Shown piece after piece: positions 46,632-53,798 of a DNA stretch of 64,000 bases. The notes beneath the pieces are model-generated. The model was not told where the DNA came from. It saw only the letters and a program-made list of their open reading frames with translations, and did not search any database. Origin of the DNA: a virus. Its lineage: Duplodnaviria; Caudoviricetes. The DNA is taken from positions 139,860 through 203,859 of the IMG/VR virus record IMGVR_UViG_3300008740_000001; one strand, 5' to 3'. The position numbers and the translations under genes are program-made. Numbering within the stretch: the stretch's first letter is position 1; each line of letters starts with the position of its first letter.

Positions 46632-46730
46632 CGCTGCCCTGTTCAGCGGCGGGACTTGCGACCCGCCTTGAAGTGCAGACCGTCACTAGGAGCAGAGGCG
46701 AAGTCTACGGGCTTCGACCTAACCGCTGCT
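46632..46730 (+). ncRNA. Structured RNA in the tRNA-Leu 3' trailer (HDV/theta-ribozyme-like candidate)
   Basis: CAGCGG/CCGCTG, CGGG/CCCG, C(UACG)G-capped 10-bp hairpin, CUAA junction. Confidence 0.5.
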
Positions 46731-46801
46731 GCCACGAATCGGTGCTGGGGGTTTCTTTTTATTCGCTTCTAGTTATTATAGTATAGCTTGGAGGCTTTAT
46801 C

Positions 46802-46984
46802 ATGATTATCATTCCACTTGACAAACTTGAAAAACTACGAATCGAACAAGGCAAGGAGAGGCCAACCGACCGGCCCGCGCTGCAGTTGCCCGTGCCGGAG
46901 CATATGCCAGAAGCAATACACAGCGGGTCGGTTGAGCCGACCGAGGACGAAACCGGTGCTGCAATCATAGATTTCACCCTTTGA
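46802..46984 (+). CDS. Hypothetical protein
   Basis: GGAGG RBS; CTAGTTA upstream. Confidence 0.55.
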   Translation: MIIIPLDKLEKLRIEQGKERPTDRPALQLPVPEHMPEAIHSGSVEPTEDETGAAIIDFTL

Positions 46985-47035
46985 CATTCTCTTGACAACT
47001 TGGCTATTGACGCCACACCTCTCGCATGTTATATT
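46981..47035 (+). promoter_or_regulatory. Triple-box promoter copy 2
   Basis: TTGACA-5-TTGACA-9-TTGACG-17-TATATT; ATG 6 nt later. Confidence 0.8.
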
Positions 47036-47041
47036 ATATAC

Positions 47042-47212
47042 ATGAAACGAAGAAAGACAAAGGCACCGAAGTCGCGCAACTGGCTTGCGGTACATGCACG
47101 AATGGACTTGGCCACTGGTGGCGAGCGCAAAGGCGCTGGACCGCACGGAGGCCGGAAGCAGCGTTATAGCCGCAAGGTAAAGCACAAGGGGCGTACTAAT
47201 GAAAGTCGGTGA
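47042..47212 (+). CDS. Small basic protein
   Basis: K/R-rich; leaderless start at 47042. Confidence 0.55.
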   Translation: MKRRKTKAPKSRNWLAVHARMDLATGGERKGAGPHGGRKQRYSRKVKHKGRTNESR

Positions 47213-47360
47213 TCTGATCATGTCGAAAGACGGATACCATACTGCGCTAGTGGTGAGTATTGTCGGAGCCGCTGCTTTCAACCGCATCAAAGTGCTGGTT
47301 GTTGGCAGCGACACGCCCGAAATGTGCGATCCGAGAATGTGGGAGGTTATAAGTGGATAG
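47199..47360 (+). CDS. Small SH3/KOW-like family protein (53 aa, not in ORF track)
   Basis: MKVGDLIMS..ALVV..WEVISG. Confidence 0.65.
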   Translation: MKVGDLIMSKDGYHTALVVSIVGAAAFNRIKVLVVGSDTPEMCDPRMWEVISG

Positions 47361-47481
47361 CCTGCCTCAAACTCCCTTGGTGGCTTTTCTTTACATCTTT
47401 GCCTTCATAGGTCTTGGCATATTGATTAGTCAGGCCAGTCATATTTTATACGACATTTGGGAAGATTGGAGGAAGAAGTGA
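47353..47481 (+). CDS. Small membrane peptide (42 aa)
   Basis: Hydrophobic core; GGAGG upstream; overlaps both neighbours. Confidence 0.45.
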   Translation: MDSLPQTPLVAFLYIFAFIGLGILISQASHILYDIWEDWRKK

Positions 47482-47561
47482 GAAGTATATTGGTAACTAT
47501 TGGAATCGTGGTAACGATTTTCGTGCTTTCGTTTGCTATTACATTGGCGCTAACAGCATGA
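47478..47561 (+). CDS. Small membrane peptide (27 aa)
   Basis: GTGA/ATGA coupling; GGAGG upstream; almost entirely hydrophobic. Confidence 0.45.
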   Translation: MRSILVTIGIVVTIFVLSFAITLALTA

Positions 47562-47758
47562 AAGTCGGTGATTTGGTGCGCCCAACAGACAGAAACCTTC
47601 TATCGGGAAGCCGACGAGTTGGCATTGTTGTGCATGTGGATACCGGATGGGATAACAAACAAGTAAGAGTAAAGTGGGACATCCCCTCGTGGATGGACGA
47701 TGAGGGTTTGGCGTCTGAATCTCCCGAGAACCTAGAGGTGATCAGTGAAAGTCGGTGA
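47558..47758 (+). CDS. Small SH3/KOW-like family protein
   Basis: MKVGDLV..VGIV..VKW..LEVISESR. Confidence 0.75.
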   Translation: MKVGDLVRPTDRNLLSGSRRVGIVVHVDTGWDNKQVRVKWDIPSWMDDEGLASESPENLEVISESR

Positions 47759-47906
47759 CTTGGTTCGACATTGGTTGACAGAACAACTCGGTATTATCCT
47801 CGATGTTGGGTTTCACAATATCAGGGTTCAGTGGCTAGATGAGATCGTCTTTGGTGTTGAAGAACTTGATCCTCGCAACGTGGAGGTGGTCAGTGAAGCC
47901 CGGTGA
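47745..47906 (+). CDS. Small SH3/KOW-like family protein (53 aa, not in ORF track)
   Basis: MKVGDLVRH..LGII..VQW..VEVVSEAR. Confidence 0.7.
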   Translation: MKVGDLVRHWLTEQLGIILDVGFHNIRVQWLDEIVFGVEELDPRNVEVVSEAR

Positions 47907-48081
47907 TCTGGTAAGGCATTCCGAGCCTGTGGACCGGGCTGAGTTTGATGCTGTTGGTGTTGTTGTTGAGATTCAAGAAGATTGGATGAAGAACTGGTCA
48001 AAAGTAAAAGTAATGTGGACCGGCCTTCAGGTTCCAGTATGGGAACCAATCCGCTGCGTCAAACTCTTTACATCCTCTTGA
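47893..48081 (+). CDS. Small SH3/KOW-like family protein
   Basis: MKPGDLVRH..VGVV..VMW. Confidence 0.7.
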   Translation: MKPGDLVRHSEPVDRAEFDAVGVVVEIQEDWMKNWSKVKVMWTGLQVPVWEPIRCVKLFTSS

Positions 48082-48121
48082 CAAGATTCTTGTTGACAGC
48101 CACAAACCCTTGTGCTATAAT
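48067..48121 (+). promoter_or_regulatory. Triple-box promoter copy 3
   Basis: TTTACA-5-TTGACA-9-TTGACA-17-TATAAT. Confidence 0.8.
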
Positions 48122-48146
48122 ACATAGGTAAATCGGAGAACACACC

Positions 48147-48485
48147 ATGAATATCGAACTAACCGAAGATGAGATTATCATGATCCTTGACTGCATTGGA
48201 GCACGGATTGAGGATCTTCAAGAAACCTTGGCATGGACACCTGATTGCGGCGAATCTGCCGATCAGCTATCCGCATTGGCCGATCTGGATATGGACTTGC
48301 GCGAGCAGTCCAACCGGCGGGACGATGGCTGGAATGACGAAGTGACTGAAACCTTTACGACGAACCTAGTCCAGTCTGCCATCGACGACTGGCAATCAAA
48401 AGTAACCTCTAGCTCGAAGGCCGCCAGCAGGCGGCAGGCCCGGTGGCTAGGACTGAACCGAACAACCAACAAAGGGAATGAATAG
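48147..48485 (+). CDS. Hypothetical protein
   Basis: GGAG RBS. Confidence 0.55.
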   Translation: MNIELTEDEIIMILDCIGARIEDLQETLAWTPDCGESADQLSALADLDMDLREQSNRRDDGWNDEVTETFTTNLVQSAIDDWQSKVTSSSKAASRRQARWLGLNRTTNKGNE

Positions 48486-48486
48486 C

Positions 48487-48681
48487 ATGGCGATTTGCAT
48501 CGAATGTGAAGAAGAATACAACGACAAGCGGAAAGCCTTGGGCTACCGCACTTGCTTGGACTGTGGAGGTCGAGCAGCAAACAGGACCATCCGGGCCCGA
48601 AACGCTGCCAGCTTGCGGGCTATGACCCCGAACCACTACGAAGGCAGCGTGGAGGATATGTTTGACAAGCGCCCCTCTTGA
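48487..48681 (+). CDS. DksA/TraR-type C4 zinc-finger-like protein
   Basis: CIECEEEY..KRKALGYRTCLDCG. Confidence 0.55.
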   Translation: MAICIECEEEYNDKRKALGYRTCLDCGGRAANRTIRARNAASLRAMTPNHYEGSVEDMFDKRPS

Positions 48682-48685
48682 AGCC

Positions 48686-48740
48686 TTGACATTTACTTGA
48701 CAAGAAATGCCTTGCCATCTAGTGCAGGGCATGATATATT
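48686..48740 (+). promoter_or_regulatory. Triple-box promoter copy 4
   Basis: TTGACA-5-TTGACA-9-TTGCCA-17-TATATT; ATG 6 nt later. Confidence 0.8.
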
Positions 48741-48746
48741 ATATAC

Positions 48747-49031
48747 ATGAGCCAAAGGAGAAATCTCATGATGCCTGACTACGATCCAGATTTTCAAGTC
48801 TACACCGATATGGAGCAGTGTAACCGCTTTGAAGCCTCGTACTTTGATCACGAGGCCGAGTTGGTTGTTGCAGCATCTACCCTTCTGGAGTCGAAAGGAC
48901 CGGGCGGCTATGATGCTTCGCATACCGAGTTTTTGTCACAGTTTGGTTCAGGCACACTGGTGCTTCGTCGCACTAGCGAACAGTGCCCCGGCTGGTGGCG
49001 TGTTCACAACTTTATCCCGACGAGGTGGTAA
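48747..49031 (+). CDS. Hypothetical protein
   Basis: Downstream of promoter. Confidence 0.55.
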   Translation: MSQRRNLMMPDYDPDFQVYTDMEQCNRFEASYFDHEAELVVAASTLLESKGPGGYDASHTEFLSQFGSGTLVLRRTSEQCPGWWRVHNFIPTRW

Positions 49032-49337
49032 ATGGAACTTTGGGTCATGACAGGTACATATAACGGCGAACATTTCGCCACAACCCACTTGACCGAAGTC
49101 GGAGCATTGAAATCAATGATCTTCGACGTACTCCAGTTTCTTGGCATCGAGGAAGAAGAACATGCGAGAGCAGATCCCGACGCAGCAGAAAAGCCAGACT
49201 TGGAGTGGAGCCCGCAAGTGATTGGAGAAATGGAAGTTGATGAACTGCGGTCCCTAATGCGTAAGTACCACCAATACACTTGGGACAACTGCGAAGGGTA
49301 CTCCATAGAAATATGCCGGTGCCAACTGGAAGCATGA
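49032..49337 (+). CDS. Hypothetical protein
   Basis: GAGGTG RBS. Confidence 0.6.
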   Translation: MELWVMTGTYNGEHFATTHLTEVGALKSMIFDVLQFLGIEEEEHARADPDAAEKPDLEWSPQVIGEMEVDELRSLMRKYHQYTWDNCEGYSIEICRCQLEA

Positions 49338-49564
49338 TTAGTAAACTTAGCCGACAACCACGGCGCAGCTTTGCGCCCCGACGCAGCAAGGCCCCGAGAA
49401 TGGGGGATGTGGTGATCCATAAAGTTGATAAGTCTCTCGGTGTGGGTCTGGTTATGGAATGCTGGGGGATCGATTGCTTGGTTCAATGGGCCAAAACAAT
49501 CGTGGAGCCAGATCCATGCTGGCATCGCCGCGTCAAGCTAGAGGTGATTAGTGAAAGTCGGTGA
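49334..49564 (+). CDS. Small SH3/KOW-like family protein
   Basis: MGDVV..VGLV..VQW..LEVISESR. Confidence 0.7.
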   Translation: MISKLSRQPRRSFAPRRSKAPRMGDVVIHKVDKSLGVGLVMECWGIDCLVQWAKTIVEPDPCWHRRVKLEVISESR

Positions 49565-49748
49565 TTTGGTGATTATGCCGGGGTCGGGTATTGTTCCTGA
49601 AAGGCCAGCAATCGGCATTATAGTAACGCCCCGTGTCAACAGGGGAAAGACCCGCAGGACTGCCCGAATCGGTGTCATGTGGTCGGATGGCGATGGCGTG
49701 GATATGGAACCTTGTCACTGGCTGGAGGTGATTAGTGAAAGTCGGTGA
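49551..49748 (+). CDS. Small SH3/KOW-like family protein
   Basis: MKVGDLV..IGII..VMW..LEVISESR. Confidence 0.75.
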   Translation: MKVGDLVIMPGSGIVPERPAIGIIVTPRVNRGKTRRTARIGVMWSDGDGVDMEPCHWLEVISESR

Positions 49749-50019
49749 TTTAGTGGTTCAAGGCAATCGAGTCTTGATGATAAAGGGCAGTAAGCGCAAG
49801 TCGAAAATGATTGGTGTTGTTGTAGCGATCCGTGACATGCCGCCCGCCCGACCGGAAGAAACTGAAGTGTTGAGACAAATGATGGCTATGCTAGGGCGTC
49901 AGGTTGATGTGCTTTGGCCTAATGGCCATGTGTCTAAAAACTTTGCCGAGAACGGTTTAGAGGTTGTAACGTCCAAAGAAGAATGGCTGGAGGCTGTTAG
50001 TGACGTACAAGAAGGGTGA
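49735..50019 (+). CDS. Small SH3/KOW-like family protein
   Basis: MKVGDLV..IGVV..VLW..LEVV. Confidence 0.75.
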   Translation: MKVGDLVVQGNRVLMIKGSKRKSKMIGVVVAIRDMPPARPEETEVLRQMMAMLGRQVDVLWPNGHVSKNFAENGLEVVTSKEEWLEAVSDVQEG

Positions 50020-50206
50020 TTTGGTCGAAGTTAGGCGTATTCTGGGTGTGGGCGATGGGTTTCATCCACGGCGACGGGGCATAGTTCTGCAAACGACAGC
50101 GGCGATTTCTGACAACGATCCCAAAGGTGTTCTGGTGATGATCAACGACGGAGTTGAGGCTAGCGAGTGGTATGCTTGGCAACTTGAAATGATTAGTGAA
50201 AAGTAA
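50000..50206 (+). CDS. Small SH3/KOW-like family protein
   Basis: KKGDLVEV..RGIV..LEMISEK. Confidence 0.7.
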   Translation: MTYKKGDLVEVRRILGVGDGFHPRRRGIVLQTTAAISDNDPKGVLVMINDGVEASEWYAWQLEMISEK

Positions 50207-50260
50207 ACTTTGACATCTGAGTTTCTCCGCCGAGACTACTTACAAGCGACGAGGTGAAAA

Positions 50261-50437
50261 ATGAAAGAAGTTGATGTAAAGCTGAACACCGGGCAGATTG
50301 AGATGATCGAAGAAGCCTTGCAGCTATTGCGAGTAACTTATGACGGCAGCACTATCATTGGCAAGATCCGCCTGCGCGATGTGAAGTCGCTAGCAAGGAA
50401 GATGCACGAGGCGAAAGAGGACGCAGAAACGCCTTGA
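50261..50437 (+). CDS. Small hypothetical protein (58 aa, not in ORF track)
   Basis: GAGGTG RBS; CTACTTA upstream; stop inside the next promoter. Confidence 0.55.
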   Translation: MKEVDVKLNTGQIEMIEEALQLLRVTYDGSTIIGKIRLRDVKSLARKMHEAKEDAETP

Positions 50438-50488
50438 CACACTCTTGACAACTGAACTCTTGACAGGCTAGCCCGCAGATGGTATATT
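50434..50488 (+). promoter_or_regulatory. Triple-box promoter copy 5
   Basis: TTGACA-5-TTGACA-9-TTGACA-17-TATATT; ATG 6 nt later. Confidence 0.85.
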
Positions 50489-50494
50489 ATAGGC

Positions 50495-50725
50495 ATGATG
50501 ATTGGTGATCTAGTGCTGGTTCATTGGGGCAACAGCGACTATTCCGGCGCAGAGGGTGTCGATTGGGGTCGTTCCCCCGGCATCGTCATTGGCGAGGTCC
50601 GGTACTGGAATGAGGACGCCCGAGCCAGCAACTCGCCCGTGTGTGGCGATGTTGATCTATGGTTTCGTAACGAAAGAATCTCATACAATATCGGACGATG
50701 CGAGGTGATCAATGAAAGTGCCTAG
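50495..50725 (+). CDS. Small SH3/KOW-like family protein
   Basis: MIGDLV..PGIV..CEVINESA. Confidence 0.7.
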   Translation: MMIGDLVLVHWGNSDYSGAEGVDWGRSPGIVIGEVRYWNEDARASNSPVCGDVDLWFRNERISYNIGRCEVINESA

Positions 50726-50894
50726 CCTAAAGATTGGTGATCTGGTTGTTCGCACCTATGGAGAAGGACAAAGGCCGATGGCGCTCGTCGTTGGCCGGTT
50801 CAATGCGTTGATCGTAAAAGTAAAGTGGCTGGGCTCTGACATGATCGAAGATGTGAACAGTCAATATCTGGAGGTAATCAATGAAAGTCGGTGA
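50712..50894 (+). CDS. Small SH3/KOW-like family protein
   Basis: KIGDLV..VKW..LEVINESR. Confidence 0.75.
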   Translation: MKVPSLKIGDLVVRTYGEGQRPMALVVGRFNALIVKVKWLGSDMIEDVNSQYLEVINESR

Positions 50895-51078
50895 CTTGAT
50901 AACTCTCACATATGAGGGTGAACCACTTGATGATCGGGCTGTGGGCATTGTTACCTGTATTGATCCCGAAGAACTTGGCGACGACGAAGAAGTTGAAGTA
51001 TGGTGGATCGGTCATTTCACCGGCCACAGCAATCACTCAACATGGAATCTGGAGGTTATTAGTGATGCAAGTAGGTGA
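50881..51078 (+). CDS. Small SH3/KOW-like family protein
   Basis: MKVGDLI..VGIV..VWW..LEVISDASR. Confidence 0.75.
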   Translation: MKVGDLITLTYEGEPLDDRAVGIVTCIDPEELGDDEEVEVWWIGHFTGHSNHSTWNLEVISDASR

Positions 51079-51295
51079 CATAGTTCAGGGCGAAGCATGC
51101 AGCAACTTGGATGCTGTTGGCATCATTATATCGAAATCAACATCACCACCGTGGGCTGGAGGTCCAGACCGAATCGTGGTGTGCATAACAAAGAGCGCCG
51201 CGAACAATCATACAGACAAGTTTCAAGCAGGTAGTCACGCATCAACAAAGGTCAGTTATAATCTTTGGAAGGTCATTAGTCATGCAAGTCGGTGA
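51065..51295 (+). CDS. Small SH3/KOW-like family protein
   Basis: MQVGDIV..VGII..WKVISHASR. Confidence 0.7.
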   Translation: MQVGDIVQGEACSNLDAVGIIISKSTSPPWAGGPDRIVVCITKSAANNHTDKFQAGSHASTKVSYNLWKVISHASR

Positions 51296-51494
51296 TTTGG
51301 TGAGAAACTACATGACGGAACAACTGGGTACTGTTGTTGCTGAGTCGTGTCGCGTTACTGGTGGTAACGATACTGACGAGCCTCATAGTTTTCAAGTGCT
51401 GTGGACTACTACGGGCGATTTTGGAGGCGAAGTTGGGTCTAAAGAATGGACAGGCCCGACGTTTGTGGAGATATTGGATGATGATCGGTCTTGA
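51282..51494 (+). CDS. Small SH3/KOW-like family protein
   Basis: MQVGDLV..LGTV..VLW..VEIL. Confidence 0.75.
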   Translation: MQVGDLVRNYMTEQLGTVVAESCRVTGGNDTDEPHSFQVLWTTTGDFGGEVGSKEWTGPTFVEILDDDRS

Positions 51495-51545
51495 CATTTA
51501 CTTGACAAAGAACCTCTTGACAGCGACCGAGGCATATGGTATATT
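51491..51545 (+). promoter_or_regulatory. Triple-box promoter copy 6
   Basis: TTGACA-5-TTGACA-9-TTGACA-17-TATATT. Confidence 0.85.
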
Positions 51546-51569
51546 ATAGGCACAATCAAGGAGATCCCT

Positions 51570-51917
51570 GTGGGTTATAGATCAGAAGTTTTGCTAGCAG
51601 TCAGCGCGAAGGCTTACGCGCTGCTTACCACCAAAATCGCCAAAGGCGGGCCATTCGCGGAGTTGTTTAGTGATGAGTGCACATCGGACCAGCGCGATTA
51701 TGACAACGATGGCAGCAAGATGTTTCTTTGGGGAAGTGTCAAGTGGTACGACAGTTATCCAGAGGTCGCTGCCGTCGAGCAGTTTATGTCAACTCTTGAT
51801 GAAAACGATATGGAAGAAGAATACAAGTTTGTCCGTGTCGGTGAGGACATGGACGACAACGAAGGACGAGGCTGGGGTTTTGATGACATCTATATCACCC
51901 GCTCAATCAACTACTAA
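51570..51917 (+). CDS. Conserved phage hypothetical protein
   Basis: MGYRSEV..KWYDSY..FVRVGED; AGGAG RBS. Confidence 0.7.
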   Translation: MGYRSEVLLAVSAKAYALLTTKIAKGGPFAELFSDECTSDQRDYDNDGSKMFLWGSVKWYDSYPEVAAVEQFMSTLDENDMEEEYKFVRVGEDMDDNEGRGWGFDDIYITRSINY

Positions 51918-52106
51918 TCGAGGCTGTCACGCGAGACACCAATAACTATAAGTGAGGGCTCATTGTCTCTAACGAGCCCATGCGTCAGGATAGGCTCACT
52001 AACTATGAGCATGGCGCGAACCCGCAAGGGAGTGATAGAGAGACTAGCGAGGGCAACGCGGCGAGAACAGCGCAGCCTGTGGTGTCCGTGATGGGCAACC
52101 TCGATT
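51916..52106 (+). ncRNA. Candidate structured non-coding RNA (~190 nt)
   Basis: Three-segment closing helix plus internal hairpins and a possible pseudoknot. Confidence 0.6.
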
Positions 52107-52142
52107 AGTAAACTTTATAGCAACCAAAAACAGGATCATAAC

Positions 52143-52397
52143 ATGACCGACGAAACTTATTCACACGTTGACTTGACACCCGAAGAACTCCGATTTTTGC
52201 TGATGATGCGCGAACTGGCAACTAACTGGGTTGAACTAGATTTGACTGAACGTGGCCGCGCATGTATTGACATGCTGGTGCTTGAAGGCTTGGCAGAACG
52301 CAGGAGTGAACAAGGCGCATGGGTGAACCAATGGCGTCTGACCCCATATGGTCAGATCGAAGCAGATAACCGTACTTGGCCTTCGGCGTTTGCTTGA
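52143..52397 (+). CDS. Small winged-helix-like hypothetical protein
   Basis: L..EGLAE...WRLTPYG pattern. Confidence 0.5.
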   Translation: MTDETYSHVDLTPEELRFLLMMRELATNWVELDLTERGRACIDMLVLEGLAERRSEQGAWVNQWRLTPYGQIEADNRTWPSAFA

Positions 52398-52448
52398 CAA
52401 ACACTTGACAATGATTCCGTTGACAACTGTACTCACAGATGCTATATT
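52394..52448 (+). promoter_or_regulatory. Triple-box promoter copy 7
   Basis: TTGACA-5-TTGACA-9-TTGACA-17-TATATT; ATG 6 nt later. Confidence 0.85.
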
Positions 52449-52454
52449 ATAGAT

Positions 52455-52634
52455 ATGAAGGTCGGAGATTTAGTCAAAAGCTATTCTGATGGTCGTATCG
52501 GAATGGTAATGGAAGAAGAAATATATCAAGGGCTTCCCGGTCAGTGGGTCGAATACTTTGATGACCGAAATGATTGGAAATGGTATTCTTATGATGAGCG
52601 TTTCGACGTGGAGGTGATCAGTGAAAGTCGGTGA
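52455..52634 (+). CDS. Small SH3/KOW-like family protein (59 aa, not in ORF track)
   Basis: MKVGDLVKS..IGMV..VEVISESR. Confidence 0.7.
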   Translation: MKVGDLVKSYSDGRIGMVMEEEIYQGLPGQWVEYFDDRNDWKWYSYDERFDVEVISESR

Positions 52635-52836
52635 TCTGATTGCATGGACTTGGCAACTCAAAGCGGATAGCTGGGAGTCTCACAGGTTCACAGGAGTAGT
52701 CTTAGAAGTGGAAGAAATCACCGACTCTATTGACGAGTTTCTGTATACGATCCTCCGCGTGGTGGATAACACAGGCATGGCGACTACTGTTCGTAGCGAT
52801 ACGACGAATCTGGAGGTGGTCAGTGAAAGTCGGTGA
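52621..52836 (+). CDS. Small SH3/KOW-like family protein
   Basis: MKVGDLI..TGVV..LEVVSESR. Confidence 0.75.
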   Translation: MKVGDLIAWTWQLKADSWESHRFTGVVLEVEEITDSIDEFLYTILRVVDNTGMATTVRSDTTNLEVVSESR

Positions 52837-52999
52837 TTTAGTACAGATTAGAGGCACTAGCATCGTGGATCTTGTTACGCGGGTTGAGACTGTCCCTAAC
52901 TTTTACAAGACGCTGCCACCTACATTATGGGTGATTCTGAATGGTCAGCCCGTGCCGTACAAAGCTAGCAAGCTAGAGGTCATCAATGCAACCCGGTGA
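52823..52999 (+). CDS. Small SH3/KOW-like family protein
   Basis: MKVGDLVQI..LEVINATR. Confidence 0.7.
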   Translation: MKVGDLVQIRGTSIVDLVTRVETVPNFYKTLPPTLWVILNGQPVPYKASKLEVINATR

Positions 53000-53249
53000 T
53001 CTTGTCGAAATCACGCGAGCATCGGTCGGCATCCCAGCCGGAACGGTTGCTCTGATCATTGAGAAGTACGAAACAGGCGCGTCATTGGATGACTGGCAGG
53101 CGACGATCTTTGTCGTTTGGCCGACTGGCGAAGTTGGCAAGCGTGGAGCGCGACGATACCTTGCGCGGGATCTAGATGTGATCAGCAGACCCTTGAAAAG
53201 TAAACTTGTAGCTCCGCTTCAGACAGAGGTTCCGGGCAAAAATGCTTGA
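52986..53249 (+). CDS. Small SH3/KOW-like family protein
   Basis: MQPGDLVEI..ALII..VVW..LDVIS. Confidence 0.7.
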   Translation: MQPGDLVEITRASVGIPAGTVALIIEKYETGASLDDWQATIFVVWPTGEVGKRGARRYLARDLDVISRPLKSKLVAPLQTEVPGKNA

Positions 53250-53300
53250 CATTCTCTTGACACCATTTTCCTTGACAAACGCCCCCCAGCATGATACATT
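53246..53300 (+). promoter_or_regulatory. Triple-box promoter copy 8
   Basis: TTGACA-5-TTGACA-9-TTGACA-17-TACATT. Confidence 0.85.
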
Positions 53301-53323
53301 ATAGATGTAGCAACGGAGAAGTA

Positions 53324-53452
53324 ATGCTTGAACTTATGACCCCCCTATTTTGGATGTGCGCTTGCTGGGCATGCGGCATCTTTACTGGCCTTGGCCTTGG
53401 TGCCGCGATGGGCCGCGAACAGATGGCTCGCGTTATGCGAGAGGAGTGCTAA
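53324..53452 (+). CDS. Small membrane peptide (42 aa, not in ORF track)
   Basis: GGAG RBS; hydrophobic core. Confidence 0.5.
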   Translation: MLELMTPLFWMCACWACGIFTGLGLGAAMGREQMARVMREEC

Positions 53453-53453
53453 A

Positions 53454-53798
53454 ATGGCATATTTGACAAAAGACGATATTGTGATCATCAAGAACGGATC
53501 TGACACTTTGCAATCGCGGGTGATGGATGTTCGCTTTCGCCGCTACCGTAGTAGCTACAAGGATCGCAAGACCGGCAAGAAGAAAACTCGAATGAAATCA
53601 ATGCCTTACGCTGTTTGTTCAGTGTTCATTGGCACATCCGTCCCGGCTGGGACCGAGTTTCTGATCCCCGGCTACAAGCTGCGGAACGAGGTCAAGGATG
53701 GAGAAAAGCTGTTGCTGCTCCGCGACCAGTACGCCGCCGAGTTTGATGGCGCATGGGTCGAGAAGATTCTGACCGAAAGCAAGGAAAAGCGAGTATGA
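53454..53798 (+). CDS. Basic hypothetical protein
   Basis: GAGGAG RBS supports start at 53454. Confidence 0.6.
   Translation: MAYLTKDDIVIIKNGSDTLQSRVMDVRFRRYRSSYKDRKTGKKKTRMKSMPYAVCSVFIGTSVPAGTEFLIPGYKLRNEVKDGEKLLLLRDQYAAEFDGAWVEKILTESKEKRV

Larger units (their letters stand above)
47735..52999 (+). repeat. Dispersed 24-nt dual-coding gene junction GAGGT(G/A)(A/G)T(C/T)A(G/A)TGAAAGTCGGTGA
   Basis: Copies at 47735, 47883, 49541, 49725, 50702, 50871, 52611, 52813, 52976; 27-nt variants at 51052 and 51269. Confidence 0.85.

Noticed and set aside
46632-46750. Twister ribozyme, SRP RNA or tRNA-Sec reading of the tRNA-Leu trailer
   Set aside because: GCAGAG and TAA..CTGC resemble twister, but P2/T1 pairing and the L4 consensus fail. 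The SRP GNRA-capped helix 8 is absent. The minus-strand CTTCAA has no anticodon stem.
51916-52106. Group I or group II intron remnant
   Set aside because: AGAGACTA resembles the group I R element but no complementary S element (TAGTC) is present. GAGCCCATGCG only loosely resembles group II domain V. No interrupted gene flanks it.
47735-52999. 24-nt junction repeats as a CRISPR array
   Set aside because: Units are 150-230 nt apart or more, the intervening DNA is full ORFs, the repeats are dual-coding, and no cas genes were seen.
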